A DNA stretch of 64,000 nt from Candidatus Latescibacterota bacterium (GTDB taxonomy: Bacteria > Latescibacterota > UBA2968 > GCA-2709665). The notes beneath the pieces were generated by a model that saw only the letters and a list, made by a program, of their open reading frames with translations, ran no database searches and was not told the origin of the DNA. The translations under genes and the position numbers were made by a program. Position 1 is the first letter of the stretch. Each line of letters starts with the position of its first letter. Shown piece by piece: positions 1 through 9,925 of the stretch. The stretch lies in assembly GCA_965248435.1 (NCBI GenBank), contig OZ252100.1, positions 608,001 to 672,000 on the forward strand. Reading direction: 5' to 3'.

Positions 1-828
1 AGGCTGGAGTTCGAGTGGAGGGAGGCGAGGGGCGATGATGAGTTGGGACGGCTCGTGGACCGCTACATCGAGGGCCTGGCCAAGAAGGCTCAAAAGGCGG
101 GAAAGTCCCTGAATGTGGAACGACATCCTGAATCCCTCGGCCTCAATCTCCCAGACATGCGCTCAGTCGAGGCATTCAGCTGGGAATCTGAATTCCGGGT
201 CACCACCCTGGCCTGCTACAGCCAAAAAAGCGACCGGGTGTTCTTCCTTCGAGCAATGGGGCATCCAGAAGAAGATCTCAGCGAACTCCTGCAGAAGCTC
301 TTTAATTCGCTCCTCGATACTGCTCCTGAGGCCCCCAAACTTTGGGCACTCTACGATCTTGAGTTCACTTCCCCTTCAGGATACGATCTGGAGGGCTACG
401 ACCTCAAGTCGGGTCATATCAAACTTAGTTTCCGGAAAGGTCGGAATCTGCTTCAGCTGGACCGGGTCAGCCTCGCAGAAATCCTGCTTCGGACACAGGC
501 GCTTTCGAATTGGTACCGAGAGTTCTTCAAGAAAGACCTTCGTCACTACGACTTTGAAATAGGAGACGGTTCGGTCAGGGGGCATTCGGCACTGTCTGTC
601 AAGGGTAGACCCAAAAGCCGAATTCGAGGCCTGCTTCGACCGCTGCCCGTCTGGAACGTACAGCCCCGATTCAACCTCGATGGCCGGGCCTGGTCCTGCG
701 AGACATCGAACAAGATCTTTGTCCTGCACGCGTTTTGGAAAGATCAGGAGTCAGTGACGGACCTCTGTGACAGCTGCAGCGCGCTCCTCTGCCACCTGGA
801 AGATGGCCGGTCCATTCGATCAGGATAA
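1..828 (+). CDS. Hypothetical protein, 5'-truncated by the window edge
   Basis: Frame 1 is open from base 1 (RLEFEWREARGDDELGRLVDRY...) to TAA at 826-828; the next ATG is at 830. Confidence 0.7.
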   Translation, partial: RLEFEWREARGDDELGRLVDRYIEGLAKKAQKAGKSLNVERHPESLGLNLPDMRSVEAFSWESEFRVTTLACYSQKSDRVFFLRAMGHPEEDLSELLQKLFNSLLDTAPEAPKLWALYDLEFTSPSGYDLEGYDLKSGHIKLSFRKGRNLLQLDRVSLAEILLRTQALSNWYREFFKKDLRHYDFEIGDGSVRGHSALSVKGRPKSRIRGLLRPLPVWNVQPRFNLDGRAWSCETSNKIFVLHAFWKDQESVTDLCDSCSALLCHLEDGRSIRSG

Positions 829-829
829 C

Positions 830-1630
830 ATGCCTTTCAAATTTGCTTACAGCACGATCAGGTGGAGAGAGCCGGACCTGGAAGCGGCCCTCGCGGAGGT
901 GAAAAAGGCCGGGTGGGATGGCTGGGAAGGCCGCCTGCCGCTGGATCACCTCGGCACCTCCACTCACCTCCGCCGGATCTGTCAGAACATCGGCTTGCCG
1001 CTTGTCGTACTAAGCTCAGACGGGCCTCCCGAAAGGCGTGAGGCCGAACACGTGGAGCGCAACAAGCGCCGCATTGATTACGCTGCAGAGATGGAAGTCG
1101 ACTGCTTCATGACCATAGGCGGCTCGAGGTCAAAAGGCGTGAGAGTAACGGAGGAGGACCTCAGGCGGGTCGCTGAGGGTGCCGAAGTATGGGCGGACTA
1201 CGCGTCTCAGTATGCGCTTGAGGTCTGTTATCACATCCACACCAATACGCTGGTGGATTCAAGGGCCGACCTGGCATTTTTTATGCAGCAGGTGGAGAAG
1301 ACCAGGCTTTGTATCGATGTCTCCCACGCAGAGCTCTGGGGCTACGATCCCTCCAATGCCATCCGTGATTATCGCAACGCGCTGAATTACGTTCACCTGC
1401 AGGACTTCGCGTCCAGTTCGCGCGAGGAAGATGGCACCTACATCGTGACCTGGGCCGACGTGGGTGAGGCACAGAACGTAGATTTTCCAGTCGTTTTGTC
1501 GACGCTGGAAGAGATTGGATTCAAGAGGTGGATCACCTGCTGTCCCGGTGAGCCTCTCCTTGACGATCCCTGCAGCGATGCGAGGCGAAGCAAAGGTATG
1601 CGGGAATATCTCAGAAAACTCGGATACTGA
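830..1630 (+). CDS. Sugar phosphate isomerase/epimerase (xylose isomerase-like TIM barrel)
   Basis: AGWDGWE, YHIH, LCIDVSHA and YVHLQD motifs; ATG at 830 after AGGA. Confidence 0.8.
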   Translation: MPFKFAYSTIRWREPDLEAALAEVKKAGWDGWEGRLPLDHLGTSTHLRRICQNIGLPLVVLSSDGPPERREAEHVERNKRRIDYAAEMEVDCFMTIGGSRSKGVRVTEEDLRRVAEGAEVWADYASQYALEVCYHIHTNTLVDSRADLAFFMQQVEKTRLCIDVSHAELWGYDPSNAIRDYRNALNYVHLQDFASSSREEDGTYIVTWADVGEAQNVDFPVVLSTLEEIGFKRWITCCPGEPLLDDPCSDARRSKGMREYLRKLGY

Positions 1631-1642
1631 ATCAGGCACACA

Positions 1643-2065
1643 ATGCTCAAACGACAACCCAAGATCAGCCGTGAGGCGATGTTCGAATCCAAGCCCACGC
1701 GAAACGATCTTCTGGAATGGGAAAAGACAGACGACGACGAGGTAACCATCACGATGACGCGGGGAGACAACTGGAAGGTTCGGGTCCTGAGCAAGGTCTT
1801 CTGGATTCCGAAGCAAAAAACCCTCGTGCTGGACCAGATCGGAACGCAGGTTTGGGAAATGTGTGACGGCCGCACGACCGTGGAAGCGATGATACGCCGT
1901 CTGAGCGAAAGCCACAAACTTAACGAGAAAGAGGCCGAGATCTCGCTGTTGGCCTATCTGAAAAGGTTGGCGCAGAAGCGTCTGGTGGGATTCCTCGTGG
2001 ACAAGGAGGACCTTGCACGAAGGAAGAAGCCTCGACGGGATCCGAGCGGGAAGGCCTGGGGATAG
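1643..2065 (+). CDS. PqqD/RRE-family protein
   Basis: LDQIGTQVWEMCDGRTTVEAMIRRL...LAYLKRLAQKRLV is the PqqD winged-helix pattern. Confidence 0.8.
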   Translation: MLKRQPKISREAMFESKPTRNDLLEWEKTDDDEVTITMTRGDNWKVRVLSKVFWIPKQKTLVLDQIGTQVWEMCDGRTTVEAMIRRLSESHKLNEKEAEISLLAYLKRLAQKRLVGFLVDKEDLARRKKPRRDPSGKAWG

Positions 2066-2091
2066 GTGGCTTTTAGCGAATGCTAAAAGAG

Positions 2092-2132
2092 AGAAGGCCC
2101 CGTGGACTGATGTCCGCGGGGCCTTCTTTTTT
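2092..2132. terminator. Intrinsic terminator, probably bidirectional
   Basis: AGAAGGCCCCGTGGAC-TGAT-GTCCGCGGGGCCTTCT followed by a T tract, with an A-rich 5' flank; lies between convergent genes. Confidence 0.85.
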
Positions 2133-2145
2133 AAAAGGCATTCAG

Positions 2146-3675
2146 TTATTCGATCTGGGCCTGAACGGCCCCGGCGTTCGCTTGAAACAGGGTTGTTGAA
2201 CGGGCGGTCAGGTCTGCGAGCGGGGCCCAATAGACACCCAGCAGGATCGTGCCCGCGAACAGAAAGGCCAAGGTCACGGTAGCGAAGCGAGGAATCACAA
2301 CAGGGTCCTCCACAACAGGCCGCTCCAGGTACATCGCCCGGATGATCCTGGCATAGTAATACAGCGAAACCGCGCTGTTCAGAACGCCAACGACGGCCAG
2401 CCAGTAGAGTCCTCCATCGATCACGGACGCAAAGAGATAGACCTTCCCGATGAACCCTGCTGTCGGGGGCAAGCCCGTCAACGAGAAGAGAAAAGCCGTC
2501 ATGGCAAGCGCGATCCAGGGAGAACGCCATCCCAACCCGTTGTAGTCCTCGATATCTTCGCTCTCGATCTTCACGGCCAGTACCAGCACGACCAGAAAGG
2601 CCCCGAGATTCATGAAGAGATAGGCGGCCGTATAGAACATCACGGCCTGGAGCCCGGATGCGGACAGCATCACGATCCCCATCATCATGTAGCCCGCGTG
2701 CGCGATGCTCGAATAGGCCAGAAGCCGCTTGAGGTTGCGTTGCCAGATCGCCGTCAGGTTGCCCAGCGTCATCGTACAGGCAGAGATGACGGCCAGCAGT
2801 TGGGGCCAATCTATACCGATCGCACTTCCGGATGTTCCATCATACTCGGATAGCCCCAGGTAGAAGAACCTGGCCAGCAGCGCAAAGCCTGCGGCTTTCG
2901 GCGCAACGGAAAGGAACGCAGTGACCGGGGTGGGCGCCCCTTCATAGACATCCGGACACCAGAAGTGAAACGGCACGGACGCCACCTTGTAGCCGAATCC
3001 CGCCATCGCCAGCGCCGCGCCGAGAAAGAGGGCAAGGCTGTGCGGGGCAGACGCACCGAGCGACGCAGCAATCTCATAAATATCCAATGTACCCGTCAGG
3101 CCATAGATCAGAGAAAACCCGAACAGCATAATCCCGGAGGAGACTCCCCCATAGATGACGTACTTGAGGGCTGCTTCGTTCGAGCGCTGCACCCGCTTTT
3201 GGTAGCCGACAAGGATAAAGGACGACAGGCTGACAAGCTCCAATGCAAGGTACATCATCAACAGGTTCGTCGCCGACGCCATGAAGAAGCCGCCCAGGAC
3301 GACCGAAAGGAAGATCGCATAAAACTCCCCGATGCGGGCCTCCTCGATGTCGGGCGACTGCAGGCCGAACAGGACGACGAGTATCGTCGTCACAACGAAC
3401 AGAATCTTGAAAAAGAGGGCAAATCCGTCCAGCGCGGCCATGCCCAGGAACAAGGACCGCGGCGCCTCATCGTAAAGGTCGGCGACGGCAATCAGGCAAA
3501 CGACGAGCGATGCGAGCGTCATCGCCGTCATCAGCCCCTTCTTTCCCCCGCCAACGATCAGGTCAACCACAATGATGATCATGATCGAGGCCGTCAGAAC
3601 CACCTCGGGCCAGATATATCCCAAGCTGCTCAGGTTGACGGCAACGGCGTTTTCTATCGTTTTGTCCAGCAACAC
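2146..3675 (-). CDS. nuoN: NADH-quinone oxidoreductase subunit N
   Basis: EAALKY, GYKVASVPFHFWCPDVYEGAPTP and KRLLAYSSIAHAGY; GTG start at 3675 after GGGAGG. Confidence 0.95.
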   Translation of the reverse strand: MLLDKTIENAVAVNLSSLGYIWPEVVLTASIMIIIVVDLIVGGGKKGLMTAMTLASLVVCLIAVADLYDEAPRSLFLGMAALDGFALFFKILFVVTTILVVLFGLQSPDIEEARIGEFYAIFLSVVLGGFFMASATNLLMMYLALELVSLSSFILVGYQKRVQRSNEAALKYVIYGGVSSGIMLFGFSLIYGLTGTLDIYEIAASLGASAPHSLALFLGAALAMAGFGYKVASVPFHFWCPDVYEGAPTPVTAFLSVAPKAAGFALLARFFYLGLSEYDGTSGSAIGIDWPQLLAVISACTMTLGNLTAIWQRNLKRLLAYSSIAHAGYMMMGIVMLSASGLQAVMFYTAAYLFMNLGAFLVVLVLAVKIESEDIEDYNGLGWRSPWIALAMTAFLFSLTGLPPTAGFIGKVYLFASVIDGGLYWLAVVGVLNSAVSLYYYARIIRAMYLERPVVEDPVVIPRFATVTLAFLFAGTILLGVYWAPLADLTARSTTLFQANAGAVQAQIE

Positions 3676-3691
3676 CGACCCTCCCAAGACC

Positions 3692-5272
3692 CTAGAATCC
3701 CGCGAGTGCGGCCGGGGCGCCCAGAACCCGGACGAGTTCACCCAGCGAGGCCCCAATCAGGTTCAGCACCGGCATCGGATAGAACCCGAGTAGCACCACG
3801 ATCGCGCCCAGCGGGGCCAGCGTGAAGATCTCACGGCTGTTGATTTCGGGCAGGTCACGACATCGTTCGTTAAGCGGCCCCATAAACAGTCGTTGAAAGG
3901 CCCAGAGCATGTAGGCGGCCCCAAGCAGCACGCCCAGAGTTCCGAGAATCGTGAGCGTCCTGTGGACCGGAAACGCCCCCAGGAAGCAAAGGGCTTCGCT
4001 GATGAATCCGGACAGCCCCGGTAGGCCGAGCGCCGCAAAATAGGCGAGCATCGTGATGCTTCCATAGACCGGCATTTGCGACCAGAGGCCACCGAAGCCC
4101 AGCTTACCCTGGAGCTCCGGGTCTTCATAATCCCTTGGAAATACGATGTAGCGGTGGTGTGCACGGTCATAAATCACACCCACAAGCAGGAAGAGCATCG
4201 CAGTGATCGTCCCGTGGTTAAACATCTGGAACACCGCGCCATTGATCCCGTGAGGTGTGAACGACGACATGCCCAGCATCACAAACCCCATGTGGCTGAT
4301 GCTGGAATAGGCCACCAGTCTCTTCAGATCGGTCTGTGCCATGGCGACCAGCGCCCCGTAGACGATGTTGATCACACCGAACACGGCGATCATCGTGCTC
4401 ACCCACTGTTCTGTCGTCGTCTCCGGAAGCATCGGGTAGTTGAACCTGAGTATCCCGTAGGTCCCCATCTTCAGCAGCACGCCGGCCAGGATGACGCTGA
4501 CGGGCGTAGGAGCCTCCACGTGTGCATCGGGTAGCCAGGTGTGAAACGGGAACATGGGAATCTTGATCGCGAACGCGATGAACATCGCCATCCAGACCAT
4601 CACTGGCGCGGACTGCCCGAAGACGATCCCGGCGCGGAGCCACTCAGAATGATTCGCCTGCTCCATCATCACGAGCATGTTGAAGGTGTGCTCGCCCGTG
4701 GTCGGATCGGTCACGTTGAAGTAGAAGGCCAGCATCGCCAGAAGGAGGAGGACACTCCCGAACAGCGTGTAGAGGAAGAATTTGATCGCCGCGTATTCCT
4801 TCCGGGGTCCGCCCCATATCCCGATCAGGAAGTACATGGGAAGCAGCATGATCTCCCAGAAGACGTAAAAGAGGAAGAAATCAAGGGAGACAAACACACC
4901 CTGCATTCCGGTTTCCAAGAGCAGGAAGAGGGCAAAGTAGCCCTTCACTCCCCTTTCAACGCCCCACGAGGCCGACATGCACAGAAAGGACAGCAGCGCC
5001 GTCAGCAGGACCATGGTCACGCTCAACCCGTCGATCCCCACGTGATAGTCGATGTTGAATGAAGGGATCCACGGGATCTGCACCCTGTACTGCATGCCTG
5101 ACTCAGCTCGATCGAACGACATAAACAGCCAGATCGCCAGTAGCACACAAACCGCCGTTGTGACCACAGAGATCCAGCGGATCAGGTTCGCCTTCTGACC
5201 CGGCATAAGAAGAATGACAGTTGCGCCAAGCAGAGGCACAAACGTCAAGAGCGTTAAAATCCACTGGTCCAT
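3692..5272 (-). CDS. nuoM: NADH-quinone oxidoreductase subunit M
   Basis: IDGLS, FWEIMLLPMY and KIPMFPFHTWLPDAHVEAP; ATG at 5272 after AGGAGG. Confidence 0.95.
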   Translation of the reverse strand: MDQWILTLLTFVPLLGATVILLMPGQKANLIRWISVVTTAVCVLLAIWLFMSFDRAESGMQYRVQIPWIPSFNIDYHVGIDGLSVTMVLLTALLSFLCMSASWGVERGVKGYFALFLLLETGMQGVFVSLDFFLFYVFWEIMLLPMYFLIGIWGGPRKEYAAIKFFLYTLFGSVLLLLAMLAFYFNVTDPTTGEHTFNMLVMMEQANHSEWLRAGIVFGQSAPVMVWMAMFIAFAIKIPMFPFHTWLPDAHVEAPTPVSVILAGVLLKMGTYGILRFNYPMLPETTTEQWVSTMIAVFGVINIVYGALVAMAQTDLKRLVAYSSISHMGFVMLGMSSFTPHGINGAVFQMFNHGTITAMLFLLVGVIYDRAHHRYIVFPRDYEDPELQGKLGFGGLWSQMPVYGSITMLAYFAALGLPGLSGFISEALCFLGAFPVHRTLTILGTLGVLLGAAYMLWAFQRLFMGPLNERCRDLPEINSREIFTLAPLGAIVVLLGFYPMPVLNLIGASLGELVRVLGAPAALAGF

Positions 5273-5324
5273 CCGCAACGTCCTCCTTCAGGATTTAGCC
5301 GAATCCACGATCTGAAACGGTTCG

Positions 5325-7397
5325 TCAGATGATCCGAATGGCCATAATCACCAGGATCCCGGCCAACACGAGCAACACGTAAGTCTGAAGCCGACCCGTC
5401 TGAATCCGCCGCAGTCTAGCCCCTGCCCAGGTAATGATATCGCCAACCAGATTCACGGCCCCGTCCACCACCAGGCTGTCGAACAGCCCCTCCAAGACCG
5501 AGACCGCTCTCGTGATGTAGGCCACACCGTTCACGAGTCCGTCGACCACCCAGGTGTCGAACCAATCGAGCGCCACCCGGAGGGCCAGCGTCGCTCTGAT
5601 GACCGTCGCGTCGTAGATCTCATCGAAATACCACTTGTTGTGAAGCGCTCGGAACAGCCTGTTGCGGCCGATTTCGGCCTCCTCCCAGGCCATCATTTCG
5701 GCCTGTCGGCCGTAGTATCGTCGGTAGGCCAGGTAGATTCCCCCTCCTGCGATCAGGATTGACAGAGCCATCGCGGGGTAATGGGCCCGATGTGCTGAAT
5801 CGGTGTGCGTCTCCCCGTGAGCCGTTCCAGCAACCGTCTGGATTTGCTCAACCGAATCGGATTCCCCCATCATCGCGATACTCTGAGGTTCCTGAATGAG
5901 CGTGTGGAACCAACCCTCGCCAATTGGATTGGGGCTATACCAGAACCAGAGGCTCAGGGTCGCAAGCACGATCAGGGGAACGGTCATCACCCGCGGAGAC
6001 TCGTGGGCGAACTCAACCACCTTTCGATCCTTGGGCGACCCATAGAAGGTCATAAAGATCAGTCGGAACATGTAGAAGGCTGTCAGACCCGCTGCAGCGA
6101 ACCCGGAAAGCGGGATCAGAATGTGTCTGGGGTGGTCGAAAAAACCGAACCCAAGGGCCCCCGCCAGAATCGCGTCTTTACTCAGAAACCCGGACGTGAA
6201 CGGGACGCCTGCCAGGGCGACCGTCGCAATCGCAAAGGTCCAGAATGTAATCGGCATCTTGTCCTTCAGGCCCCCCATGTTCCGCATGTCCTGTGGATCT
6301 TCCTTAGACCCGGTGTGGCGGAAGACATGATGCATCGCGTGGATCACGCTCCCCGAACCGAGGAATAGGCAAGCCTTGAATGCGGCGTGCGTCATCAAAT
6401 GGAAGAATCCGGCCGCGTAGGCCCCCACGCCCAACCCCATGATCATGTATCCAAGCTGGCTCACCGTCGAGTAGGCCAGCACGCGCTTGATGTCATACTG
6501 TGCGACTGCAATCGTCGCGCCCAGCATCGCTGTAATCGCGCCGATGTAGGCGATCACCACGAGCGCATCCGGCGTCAAAATCGGAAACATCCGCGTCACC
6601 ATGTAGACTCCCGCCGCCACCATCGTCGCCGCGTGGATCAAGGCGCTCACCGGCGTCGGGCCCTCCATCGCGTCCGGCAGCCAGACGTGCAGCGGAAACT
6701 GGGCCGATTTCCCGACCGCCCCACAGAACAGGCAGAGCCCGGCAGCGGTCAGAAGCGATCCCCCGAGTTTCCCCTGGGCGATGCCTGAAAAAACGCCGTC
6801 GAAATCGAGAACGCCCAACTTCCAGAACAGGATCAGAATCCCGACGAAAAAGCCCAGGTCGCCGACCCTGTTGACCAGAAAGGCTTTCTTGCAAGCGGCC
6901 GCGGCAGACGGCTTTTCATACCAGAAACCGATAAGCAGATAGGAACTCAGACCGACCAGCTCCCAGAACACGTAAAGCAGGAGAAAGTTGTCACAGAGGA
7001 TAAGTCCCAGCATCGAAAAGGAAAAGAGGGAGAGAAATCCGAAGAACCGAGAGTAGCGCGGATCCCCGTGCATATACCCGACCGAGTAGAAATGCACGAG
7101 TCCGCTCACCAGCGTCACCACCATCAGCATGATGACCGTGATGTTGTCAACGAGCAACCCGACCGCGATCTGGGTCGTACCCAGATCCAGCCAGGTCCAG
7201 CGTCCAAACGAAATCCTGAAATCGGGATGGGCGGCTGAAAGAGCCTGAGTGAAGAACGGCAGAGAAAAGAAAAAAGCGAGAACGATCGCGGAAAGAGATA
7301 CCCAGTCGCCGCCACGCGGAAGCCTGCGCCCAAAGAAGACCTGGATAACGAAGGCGGCAAGAGGAACCGCCGGAATAAGCAAGGCGTATGGAAGCAT
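5325..7397 (-). CDS. nuoL: NADH-quinone oxidoreductase subunit L
   Basis: GKSAQFPLHVWLPDAMEGPTPVSALIHAATMV and KRVLAYSTVSQLG. Confidence 0.95.
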   Translation of the reverse strand: MLPYALLIPAVPLAAFVIQVFFGRRLPRGGDWVSLSAIVLAFFFSLPFFTQALSAAHPDFRISFGRWTWLDLGTTQIAVGLLVDNITVIMLMVVTLVSGLVHFYSVGYMHGDPRYSRFFGFLSLFSFSMLGLILCDNFLLLYVFWELVGLSSYLLIGFWYEKPSAAAACKKAFLVNRVGDLGFFVGILILFWKLGVLDFDGVFSGIAQGKLGGSLLTAAGLCLFCGAVGKSAQFPLHVWLPDAMEGPTPVSALIHAATMVAAGVYMVTRMFPILTPDALVVIAYIGAITAMLGATIAVAQYDIKRVLAYSTVSQLGYMIMGLGVGAYAAGFFHLMTHAAFKACLFLGSGSVIHAMHHVFRHTGSKEDPQDMRNMGGLKDKMPITFWTFAIATVALAGVPFTSGFLSKDAILAGALGFGFFDHPRHILIPLSGFAAAGLTAFYMFRLIFMTFYGSPKDRKVVEFAHESPRVMTVPLIVLATLSLWFWYSPNPIGEGWFHTLIQEPQSIAMMGESDSVEQIQTVAGTAHGETHTDSAHRAHYPAMALSILIAGGGIYLAYRRYYGRQAEMMAWEEAEIGRNRLFRALHNKWYFDEIYDATVIRATLALRVALDWFDTWVVDGLVNGVAYITRAVSVLEGLFDSLVVDGAVNLVGDIITWAGARLRRIQTGRLQTYVLLVLAGILVIMAIRII

Positions 7398-7406
7398 CGC
7401 TCTCCT

Positions 7407-7712
7407 TTAACCGCTCAGCGAATCCAGCCGGTCTACGCTCACCATCTCGTAGTTTCTGTAGATGTTCAACACGATAGCCAGAGCCACTGCGGCCTCGGCC
7501 GCTGCCAGGATAATCACGAATATGGCGAAGATCTGGCCGTCGATCCCCGCATCTGAAAACCGGGAGAATGCGACCAGATTCACGTTCGCGGCGTTCAGAA
7601 TCAACTCTACTCCCATCAGTACAGCGATGGCATTTCGCCGGGTCACGACGGCAAGAATGCCCAGACAGAAGAGGATCGCACCTATGACCAGGAAATGCTC
7701 CAGTCCGATCAT
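7407..7712 (-). CDS. nuoK: NADH-quinone oxidoreductase subunit K
   Basis: RRNAIAVLMGVELILNAAN and AAAEAAVALA. Confidence 0.95.
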   Translation of the reverse strand: MIGLEHFLVIGAILFCLGILAVVTRRNAIAVLMGVELILNAANVNLVAFSRFSDAGIDGQIFAIFVIILAAAEAAVALAIVLNIYRNYEMVSVDRLDSLSG

Positions 7713-8217
7713 AGTTCCTCGCCTTCTTCGTCCTTGCTTGCCAGCACAGCGGCGCCGATCAGTGCAGCCAGAAGCAGGACAGAAACCACCTCGAAGGGCA
7801 AAAGGTAGTCCGTCATCAGAAGCCTTCCGATCTCGGTCGTCGTGTCAGAGGACGACTTGGCTTCGGTCACCCGCCACGGTGTGTCATAGATAACAGCAAC
7901 CAGCAGGGCGAATCCGGCACCCACAACGATAACGCTCGGAACGAACTGAACGCGCTCGGCCAGGAGCCTGAGGTCATAGATCCGATTGGTCAGCATCACG
8001 CCGAAGAGAAGCAGGATGAGGATTCCGCCGACATAAATCAGCACCTGCGCGGCGGCCAGGAACTCCGCATCCAGAAAAATATAAAGCCCCGCGACACCGA
8101 AAAAGGTGAACAGCAGGGCGAATACCGCATAAACCAGACGACTGGTCAAGACGACTAGGGAGGCGGAGCGACGGTAATTGCGGCAAAGACGTAAAAGACG
8201 TAGGTCGAAAGCTCCAT
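7709..8217 (-). CDS. nuoJ: NADH-quinone oxidoreductase subunit J, with an apparent 1-nt deletion frameshift near 8170
   Basis: ATG at 8217 gives MELSTYVFYVFAAITV, then the frame shifts into SASLVVLTSRLVYAVF...QVLIYVGGILIL...LLPFEVVSVLLL; the span is 509 nt, one short of a codon multiple. Confidence 0.9.
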
Positions 8218-8224
8218 AGGCCTA

Positions 8225-8725
8225 TCAGGCAGTCACCTTCGACGGAGTGGCTTCTTTCTGAGGCGTTTTTTCGTAGTCCTCAGGGCGAGCGTACCGATAG
8301 ACCAGGTCTGTGCGGTCATAGACCGAAGATTCGTAGCTTGGCGTCATCACAAGGCACTCGGTCGGACAGGGATAAGTGCACAGACCGCAGTAACAACAGA
8401 GCCCCATGTCGATGTCAAACCTGAGAAGTTTGAGACGCTTTTTCGTTCCCTTTGAAGTCAACCCCAGGTCTTCATCAGGGCCCGCCTTTTCCGTCTCGAT
8501 GTAGATACAGTCTACAGGACAGACCCGCGCACACTGGTCGCACCCGATACAATCATCGATGTCGTTGTAGAGCTGATTGCGCGCCCGTTCGGGCATCTCC
8601 CACTTCTCTTCCGGGTATTGAAGCGTGATGGAGGGCGTAAACAGGTGTTTCAGCGTGACGTTCATCCCAACCCAAATCGAGAAGACGGAATCATAGATGT
8701 TTCGGAAGTATCGACTCATCGACAT
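8225..8725 (-). CDS. nuoI: NADH-quinone oxidoreductase subunit I
   Basis: TLQYPEE; two [4Fe-4S] motifs, CIGCDQCARVCP and CCYCGLCTYPCP. Confidence 0.95.
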   Translation of the reverse strand: MSMSRYFRNIYDSVFSIWVGMNVTLKHLFTPSITLQYPEEKWEMPERARNQLYNDIDDCIGCDQCARVCPVDCIYIETEKAGPDEDLGLTSKGTKKRLKLLRFDIDMGLCCYCGLCTYPCPTECLVMTPSYESSVYDRTDLVYRYARPEDYEKTPQKEATPSKVTA

Positions 8726-8734
8726 CCCCTTTAA

Positions 8735-9910
8735 CTACTGAGCAATTCCTGTCTGCTGATGCCTTCCTTCCAGGAGACCCCGTGCGGCAGAACGCAGCAG
8801 AAGAATCAAGAGTCCGGCCATCAACACGATCAATACCGTGGTACCTGCGAGCTTCAACCACCCCGGAGCCGCAAAGGCCCAGACAACCGAACCCACCATA
8901 CAGAGGAAGGCTGCGGGGGTCAACACCTTCCACCCGATATACATCAATTGATCCACGCGAAGCCGCGGCAGGGTCCAGCGAAGCCACATTTGAACGAAAA
9001 CCAAAAAGATCGCCTTTCCCATCACCCAGAAGAATCCGCCCGGGAACGACCCTCCCCAGGGGGCCTGCCAGCCTCCCAGAAAGAGCGTGGCCGCGACGAT
9101 GCAGACCGCGGTCATGGCTGCGTATTCGGCGATGAAGAAAAACGAAAATCGCATCCCGCTGTACTCCGTGTGATATCCGGCCACGAGCTCAGACTCCGCC
9201 TCCGGGATGTCGAAAGGCGTCCGGTTTACTTCGGCCAGCACCGCGATGAAGGAAAGGAAGAAGGCCAGAAACGTAAACGGATTCCGAAAGACAAACCAGT
9301 GCTGGAATCCGCCGTCCTGTGCCGCGATGATCTCCTGCATGCTCAGAGATCCAACGAGCGGAACGACGCTCAGCAGCGCGAGCGCAACGGGGATCTCGTA
9401 GCTCACGACCTGCGCCGCAGAGCGCATGGCGCCCAAAAGCGCCCATTTGTTGTTCGAGGCCCAGCCTGCCATCAAGATTCCGACCACACCCAGAGAAGAG
9501 ACGGCAAGGATGTAAAAAAGACCGATGTTCAAATCGCTGACGATCAACTCTTCACCGAATGGGAGCGTCACAAAGATGGCAAACGCTCCAGCGAACACGA
9601 TAGCTGGGGCCAGCTTGAACAGGAGACGATCGGCGGCGGTCGGAATGATGTCCTCCTTCAACAACAGCTTGATTCCATCCGCGAGGGTTTGAGACCAGCC
9701 GTGCCATCCCCCGACTCTCATCGGGCCGAGACGGTCCTGCATGTGGGCTGACACCTTTCGCTCCAGCCAGACCAGGACCATTCCCAGGACGGCGACGAGG
9801 GTCAAAATGGTCACTCCCGCCACGAAGCCCAGGGCCAGTGACACCCAGGAGGCCTCCACGCCTTCCAGAATCGGGACCCACTCGATCAGCTTTTTCGCAA
9901 TCTCCTGCAT
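8735..9910 (-). CDS. nuoH: NADH-quinone oxidoreductase subunit H
   Basis: [14 protein letters not shown] and [24 protein letters not shown]. Confidence 0.95.
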   Translation of the reverse strand: MQEIAKKLIEWVPILEGVEASWVSLALGFVAGVTILTLVAVLGMVLVWLERKVSAHMQDRLGPMRVGGWHGWSQTLADGIKLLLKEDIIPTAADRLLFKLAPAIVFAGAFAIFVTLPFGEELIVSDLNIGLFYILAVSSLGVVGILMAGWASNNKWALLGAMRSAAQVVSYEIPVALALLSVVPLVGSLSMQEIIAAQDGGFQHWFVFRNPFTFLAFFLSFIAVLAEVNRTPFDIPEAESELVAGYHTEYSGMRFSFFFIAEYAAMTAVCIVAATLFLGGWQAPWGGSFPGGFFWVMGKAIFLVFVQMWLRWTLPRLRVDQLMYIGWKVLTPAAFLCMVGSVVWAFAAPGWLKLAGTTVLIVLMAGLLILLLRSAARGLLEGRHQQTGIAQ

Positions 9911-9925
9911 TCCAGTTCGCCCACC

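Noticed and set aside
1259-2809. 516-aa minus-strand ORF
   Set aside because: Overlaps nuoN out of frame, the terminator and two plus-strand genes; no recognisable motifs.
8150-8217. Programmed frameshifting in nuoJ
   Set aside because: No slippery heptamer or homopolymer at the junction; an error or point lesion is simpler.
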